DNA of 64,000 nucleotides from an uncultured Gemmatimonadota bacterium (GTDB lineage Bacteria; JAAXHH01): NCBI GenBank assembly GCA_951812955.1, contig OX638340.1, positions 3,424,001 to 3,488,000 of the forward strand, read 5' to 3'. Shown piece by piece: positions 58,693 to 64,000 of this stretch (position 1 is its first letter; each line of letters starts with the position of its first letter). The notes under the pieces were generated by a model. It saw only the letters and a program-made list of their open reading frames with translations, ran no database searches and was not told where the DNA came from. The position numbers and the translations under genes were made by a program.

Positions 58693-61600
58693 ATGCGCCG
58701 CGCTTCAGGATTCAGGAAATCCACGCGAGTCTGGTGCATCAGAACCCTGGTGTTAGTACTGGCGCTCACTCCGGCGGCCGTCCTGGCGACTTACGAGGAC
58801 GCTGCAGCGCAGACATCGGTGAACCTGACGGTTGAACCCGCTTCCGTTGACGAAAACGGTGGTCCGCAGGTGGTGACTGTACGGGCGACGGTGCGGGACA
58901 CGACCAGCGTGCCGATCGTCATGGCGTTGGCTCCTGTGCTCGAGCAAAGCACAGCCACGTTTCCGGATGATCTTGTCGCATCGCCGCTGGATCAGCCGAT
59001 CGTCATCGCTCCGGGTCAGACTGAAGGTATATTGGAAGTAACCGTTGTCCCTACGGATGACAGTATTTACGAAGGTACGGAGAAGTTCGTCTTCCTGGGG
59101 GTGGGGGTCACCGGTGAACCTTTGACCATGCCTGTATCGGTGGAGATCAACGACGACGAACCGGTGCCGGCCATCACGCTGACCACAACGCCGGATAGGG
59201 TCGATGAAGGCGACGGACCGCAGGTGGGTGTCGTTACGGCTACTGCTTCCGGGCTCAGCGCGACGGACCTTCACGTGGGTCTGGTGCCGCTGCTGGAGCA
59301 AAGTACCGCTACCCTGATCGGACCGGGCGCTGACCTTGGCGTGCTGGAGTTGGAGTCAGATCCGAACATCGTGATTACAATCCCCGCGGGACAGCCGACA
59401 GGGAGTATCAATCTGACCGTCGTTCCGGTGGATGACGAGGTATATGAAACCAACGAGTTTGCCCTGTTCGCGGGTAATCTGATGGGAACGATAAGCGAAC
59501 CGGTCGCAATCACGATCGTAGACGACGACACGCCGGACATTGTATTTAGCGGCGTTCCGACCGCGTTGCGTGAGGACGGCGGTGCTCAGACGGTATCGTT
59601 CGATATCGAGATGTCCGGAATCGCAGTTCCGATTCCGACCGTGATCACGCTGAACATGACCGGTACGGCTACCCAGAAAACAGACTACGACTGGGACGGA
59701 ACCTCGGAAATCGTCATTCCTGCCGGCGAGACGTCGGCGGGCACACAGATAACCTACACGGTGGTGAACGATGAAGTCTATGAACCAGAAAACGAGACGA
59801 TCGTGGTGACAGCTAGATGGGGATTCTCTGATCTCGGCGTTGTCTCGTTGACCATCATTGATAACTATTCGGCTCCGGCGGTCGCCAACCCGATTCCCGA
59901 TGTGAACCTGATATCGGGCGGCGTCTTTCGCGTCGACCTATCCTCCACTTTTTCCGGCAAAGACCTGACCTTCTCGGTGTCCGCCTCGGGCAATGCGATT
60001 TCGGCTGAACTATTGGACACCTCGCTTGTGGTCTCCGCTAACCGCCTGGGTTCGGGCCGCGTAACGGTTGCCGCGACCAACGCCGCCGGTTCAGTCAGTT
60101 ACAATTTCGGCGTGACCGTCACGGCGTCCTTCACCCTGAACGTCAATCCGGATACGTTTCGTGAAGACGGCGGTACTCAGACGGTGTCTTTCACGATCGA
60201 GCTGTCCGGCACCGCGTTTTCGGTTCCGACCGTAATTACGCTGGATGTGGCCGGTACGGCCACCCGGGGTACGGATTACATACTGAGCGGAAACGCGGAG
60301 ATCGTCGTTCCCGCCGGTGAATCGTCTGCAACCACGCAGCTGGACTTCTCGGTCGTGGACGATGCGGTCTACGAGCCGGACGACGAGACGATCGTCGTAT
60401 CAGCGATCTGGGACGGAGGCGAAATAGACATCGTCACGCTGACGATCGTCGATAACTTCCCGGCTCCGGCGGTCACGGGTGCGATTTCTGACCTGACCCT
60501 GGAAGCGGGCGACTCCAGTCAGACCGACATAGCCGGCAGTTTCTCGGGCAAGGGCCTTGCCTTCTCGGCCTCGTCCTCGGGCGACGCGGTATCGGCTGAA
60601 ATCTCGGGTTCGACGCTCTCGGTCACGGCCAATCGCAAGGGTTCGGCCCGCGTTACAGTTCTCGCGACCAACGATGCGGGTTCCAGCAGTTTCGACTTCG
60701 GCGTGACCGTAACGGCGATCAACGAAGAGCGGATGGTCTACACCGACATCCTGGCGGCCATGGGTCGAGGCATTTTGTCGAGCGTGTCCAACACGATTGG
60801 CGGACGATTCGCAATATCCGACGCCGAACGCGGTATCGCTTTAGGCAACAGGCGGGTCGATGGCATAGCGTCCGGTCTGGAAGCCCTGATCAGCCTGGGC
60901 GATACGCGGGAAGCGAGTAAGTACGGTATTTCCGACGAATCCATGGCGCAGACTGGCAGGCAACCCGTTTCCGCCCGCGAGCTGATGCGGGGCACGTCCT
61001 TCTACTACGCCCTTGACGACGCACCGCAGAGCGCCAGTACGGACGGCCTGAGCTTCACGGTATGGGGGGCCGGAGACTGGAACGCTTTTAAGGGTTCGGC
61101 TTCGCAGACCGCTACCTACGACGGATCGTTGATTTCCGGATACCTCGGAATGGATGTTGCGAAGACCGGCGGCTGGATTGGCGGTGTGGCCGTCGGCCGT
61201 ACCATGGGCTCTTCGGATTACGACGTAACGATCTCGGACGGGAAGTTGGAAACCACCCTGAACAGTGTATATCCTTATGTGTTATGGCACGTTCCCCAAT
61301 ACGTCATCGAGGTCTGGGGTGTCGGTGGTTTCGGTACGGGTGAGGTCAAAACGAATGAAATGACCAGCGATCTGTCCATGCGAATGGTCTTGATTGGCGC
61401 ACGCTCGCAGTTGGCCGGAACCACCACCGAAGGGTTGGACCTGGACCTGATCGGCGACGCGGGCTTTGCCAGACTGTCGGCCGCCGAAAGCGAATCCGCT
61501 TCACTGAACGAACTGGACGCCGGCATACATCGGGTACGCATCGGTCTCGAAGGTTCCGGGACCATGCAAATGGACAACGGCATGCTCGCAACGCCGTTCG

Positions 61601-62154
61601 CCCAGGTGGTTGGCCGGTATGACGGTGGCGACGGTCAGACAGGGGGCGGCCTCGAGGTTGCCGGCGGTCTCCATATCGCCGCCGGCAGGGCCGGGGTCGA
61701 AGCGCGCGGTCGCCTGCTGGCAACGCACTCGGGCGACGAGGTCACGGAGCACGGAATGTCGTTGGCTGCCTACATAAAGCCGATGGAAGCCGGCGGGCGA
61801 GGTTTTTCGATGTCAGTCGTTCCCCGGATCGGCGCCGATACAGATATGACCGGCGATATGTGGCGCGAAGAGCCGATGGAGGATCTCACGCGGTCGTCCC
61901 GTACGGGCGTCGGTGTGAAGGCTGAAATCGGCTATGGCCTCGCGCATTCCGCCATGAGCGACATCCTGGTGACGCCCTTCGGTGCGATGGACATGACCGG
62001 TGATGACCGTAGCCGCATGCGCCTGGGCGCGCGATTCGGATCTGTCGGCAGCGCGGCCGGCATACTGAGCCTGGAACTTGCCGGAGAGCGCATAGATAGA
62101 CATGGCGTGACGCCCGACCACCGCATCGGCCTGATCGGAAGGATGAGTTTCTAA
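58693..62154 (+). CDS. large surface protein: multiple Calx-beta domains + Ig-like domains + C-terminal autotransporter-like beta-barrel
   Basis: 1153 aa. Signal peptide. At least 4 Calx-beta motifs (DDSIYEGTEKFVF, DDEVYETNEFALF, NDEVYEPENETIVV, DDAVYEPDDETIVV). Repeated NPIPDVNL...VTVTA Ig-like units. C-terminal ~450 aa Gly/aromatic-rich barrel-like region ending ...GLIGRMSF (terminal Phe). Confidence 0.7.
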   Translation: MRRASGFRKSTRVWCIRTLVLVLALTPAAVLATYEDAAAQTSVNLTVEPASVDENGGPQVVTVRATVRDTTSVPIVMALAPVLEQSTATFPDDLVASPLDQPIVIAPGQTEGILEVTVVPTDDSIYEGTEKFVFLGVGVTGEPLTMPVSVEINDDEPVPAITLTTTPDRVDEGDGPQVGVVTATASGLSATDLHVGLVPLLEQSTATLIGPGADLGVLELESDPNIVITIPAGQPTGSINLTVVPVDDEVYETNEFALFAGNLMGTISEPVAITIVDDDTPDIVFSGVPTALREDGGAQTVSFDIEMSGIAVPIPTVITLNMTGTATQKTDYDWDGTSEIVIPAGETSAGTQITYTVVNDEVYEPENETIVVTARWGFSDLGVVSLTIIDNYSAPAVANPIPDVNLISGGVFRVDLSSTFSGKDLTFSVSASGNAISAELLDTSLVVSANRLGSGRVTVAATNAAGSVSYNFGVTVTASFTLNVNPDTFREDGGTQTVSFTIELSGTAFSVPTVITLDVAGTATRGTDYILSGNAEIVVPAGESSATTQLDFSVVDDAVYEPDDETIVVSAIWDGGEIDIVTLTIVDNFPAPAVTGAISDLTLEAGDSSQTDIAGSFSGKGLAFSASSSGDAVSAEISGSTLSVTANRKGSARVTVLATNDAGSSSFDFGVTVTAINEERMVYTDILAAMGRGILSSVSNTIGGRFAISDAERGIALGNRRVDGIASGLEALISLGDTREASKYGISDESMAQTGRQPVSARELMRGTSFYYALDDAPQSASTDGLSFTVWGAGDWNAFKGSASQTATYDGSLISGYLGMDVAKTGGWIGGVAVGRTMGSSDYDVTISDGKLETTLNSVYPYVLWHVPQYVIEVWGVGGFGTGEVKTNEMTSDLSMRMVLIGARSQLAGTTTEGLDLDLIGDAGFARLSAAESESASLNELDAGIHRVRIGLEGSGTMQMDNGMLATPFAQVVGRYDGGDGQTGGGLEVAGGLHIAAGRAGVEARGRLLATHSGDEVTEHGMSLAAYIKPMEAGGRGFSMSVVPRIGADTDMTGDMWREEPMEDLTRSSRTGVGVKAEIGYGLAHSAMSDILVTPFGAMDMTGDDRSRMRLGARFGSVGSAAGILSLELAGERIDRHGVTPDHRIGLIGRMSF

Positions 62155-62880
62155 GACGGTGGGCGGCACGCGTGACAGGCAGGGACAGGAAGGAAGAGCC
62201 GATCGGCCGCCTCTGCGAGAATCGGCCTGGTCAGATGTTTGGCGAAACGGCCCTAAACTCGGGAGGGCGTTTGCAGGATCCGGTGTGACTTGACCGGGCA
62301 TTGCGGACGCCTTTTCTTTAGATATTACCGGAATATCCGCCTCCCAGCGCGGCAGAACCGATCCGGAAGCCCAATCGATGCCGGTTCCGGACACATGGTG
62401 AGTTGTCCCCGACGCCTTCGGTCGCGACGGAATCCATGCCGACCGTGACGCCAAGGATGGTCCGAAGGGTAATGTCGATGGTGGGATCAGTCCCGCCGGC
62501 CTGTGCGTCAGTGGCGACCCGTCTTGGCAAGAGTCATTGCCACCTCGCCGGCCGGCGGGCGGCAGGTGCCTGCAGCGCAGCGCCATACATGGCCGCCCGG
62601 GCCGCGCTACGGCTTGGGTAAGGGATTCTGGCTGCACCCCTGGAGATTCCGGACCGCCAATACCCAATATAAACGTGAATATGGTTATAATCCCATGAAA
62701 AAACCTGTTTCATATGACGTATATATGATTTATATTGTTTCCTATGTGACTTTAACGTGATTATTGGTTGATCTTCATAAATCCGGTAGCTTCAGGGCCT
62801 ACAGATTCCGAAACCATAGATGTTTTGGTTCGGGCGATCTGGCAAGATACCGAGGCTTAAAATCAATCGAGGAACATGAA

Positions 62881-64000
62881 ATGACGAACGCCAACGGACT
62901 GGAAGCCCAGGTCAAAATGTTGCAGGACAGACTTTCCAGATTGAGCGAGGCCAGCCTGCGAATCAGCCAGAGCCTCGACGTCGATACCGTCCTGCGGGAA
63001 ATCGTCACGAGTGCCTGCGCGCTGGCGAGCGCGGGATATGGCGGGATCGCCACCTGGAACAGTTCCGGGCAACTGCGGGATTTCGTCACCGGCGGCCTGA
63101 GCCCCGGCGAGCAGGACCAGCGCCTGGATCTGCCCGATACGTCTGAACTCTGGGCGTATCTGAGACAAGCAACGCAGCCGCTCAGGTTGAAGGACCTTTC
63201 GGCGCACGTCGCCTCGCTCGGTCTGCCCGGACATGCCTTGTTGGAACGGAGCTTCATGGGGATACCCATACGCCACCAGGACGCGACGGTGGGATACTTC
63301 TTCCTGCTCGACAAGGAGGCAGGCCCGGAGTTCACCGATGAGGACGAAGGGATCATGGCGCTGTTGGCGTCCCAGGCCGGAGCGGCGATGGCCAACGTCC
63401 GGAAGTACCAGGACGCGATACAGGCGAAGGCCGACCTGGAGGCCCTGATCGACACCTCGCCGGTGGGCGTGGTGGTCTTTGACGCCAGAAGCGGGCTGCT
63501 CGTGTCGCACAACCAGGAGGTGCGTCGCATCGTAGGCGACCTGCATTTGCGGGACCGGACGATCATGGATTTGCTCGACGTAGTCACCGTGCGGCGGGCG
63601 GACGGCCGGAGAATCGAGTCGGAGGATTATGGATCACTGGTGGGCATATTGCGTGAGGCCAGGACGGTGCGGGCTGAAGAGATCATTCACGAATTCCCGG
63701 ACGGCAGAAAGGTCACGACGCTGATTAACGCCACCCCCATCGTTTCCGGCCGGGGCGAGGTCCAGTCGGTCGTGGTCACCGTGCAGGACATGACGCCGAT
63801 CGAAGAGCAGGAGCGTCAACGCGCCGAATTCCTGAGCATGGTGAACCACGAGATGCGGGCGCCGCTCGCTACAATTAAAGGCTGCGCCACCACCGCGCTG
63901 GGATCCACGTCCGTGCTGCACCCCGCCGAATCGGAGCAGTTCTTCGGCATCATCGACGCGCAGGCCGATCACATGAACGCGCTGATCAATGACCTGATGG
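62881..64000 (+). CDS. all-in-one GAF-PAS-histidine kinase regulator (paralog 3), 5' part, runs off the window end
   Basis: MTNANGLEAQVKMLQDRLSRLSEASLRISQSLDVDTVLREIV... collinear with the 26211 and 46414 products through the GAF and PAS domains and the H-box (MVNHEMRAPLATIKG). Absent from the ORF track because no stop occurs before the window end. Confidence 0.8.
   Translation, partial: MTNANGLEAQVKMLQDRLSRLSEASLRISQSLDVDTVLREIVTSACALASAGYGGIATWNSSGQLRDFVTGGLSPGEQDQRLDLPDTSELWAYLRQATQPLRLKDLSAHVASLGLPGHALLERSFMGIPIRHQDATVGYFFLLDKEAGPEFTDEDEGIMALLASQAGAAMANVRKYQDAIQAKADLEALIDTSPVGVVVFDARSGLLVSHNQEVRRIVGDLHLRDRTIMDLLDVVTVRRADGRRIESEDYGSLVGILREARTVRAEEIIHEFPDGRKVTTLINATPIVSGRGEVQSVVVTVQDMTPIEEQERQRAEFLSMVNHEMRAPLATIKGCATTALGSTSVLHPAESEQFFGIIDAQADHMNALINDLM

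Overview
This 64 kb window is a high-GC (roughly 60-65%) chromosomal segment from a diderm (Gram-negative) bacterium. The taxon cannot be fixed from sequence alone. The combination of a TonB-dependent receptor with CarboxypepD_reg N-terminus, a CBM9/DUF5916 protein, LptD, plant-type LRR lipoproteins and DUF6702/HupE genes is compatible with an FCB-group or Gemmatimonadota-like lineage, but that is inference. I support about 45 protein-coding genes. I found no rRNA, no convincing tRNA, no CRISPR array and no transposase or integrase.

Gene content by position:
- 1-20 kb: housekeeping and transport genes (TonB receptor, rpmG-rpmB, MogA/MoaB, M28 aminopeptidase, HupE/UreJ, SufE, aldo/keto reductase), plus an unusual PfkB-kinase/SIS-isomerase fusion adjacent to a Cof-type HAD phosphatase, and a bifunctional homocysteine S-methyltransferase/MTHFR.
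- 20-35 kb: a sugar-oxidation-like cluster (Gfo/Idh/MocA, aldo/keto reductase, L-rhamnose mutarotase, PhyH dioxygenase, NHL propeller, amidohydrolase_2, two NAD-epimerase-like SDRs, 7-bladed lactonase, AMP-dependent ligase). It is interrupted by a low-GC island carrying two small overlapping ORFs.
- 35.8-49.4 kb, the most unusual part: a mosaic, repeatedly duplicated module of (i) a dispersed AT-rich roughly 100-bp promoter-like element, (ii) paralogous lipoproteins with Big_2 and plant-type LRR domains (391 aa, 1608 aa and 523 aa; the giant one ends in a metzincin HExxHxxGxxH protease domain), (iii) paralogous all-in-one GAF-PAS-HisKA-HATPase-REC-OmpR-wHTH regulators (three intact copies in the window plus one C-terminal pseudogene fragment), and (iv) convergent small coiled-coil genes plus fragments of them.
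- 49.5-64 kb: thiolase, LptD, and a cell-surface cluster (small OMP beta-barrel, two collagen-like lipoproteins of which one carries a trypsin-like domain, and a 1153-aa Calx-beta protein with an autotransporter-like C-terminus).

Genome-wide oddity: short tandem minisatellites (2-5 copies, 13-40 bp units) sit immediately 3' of many genes, and in-frame microsatellites occur in linkers.
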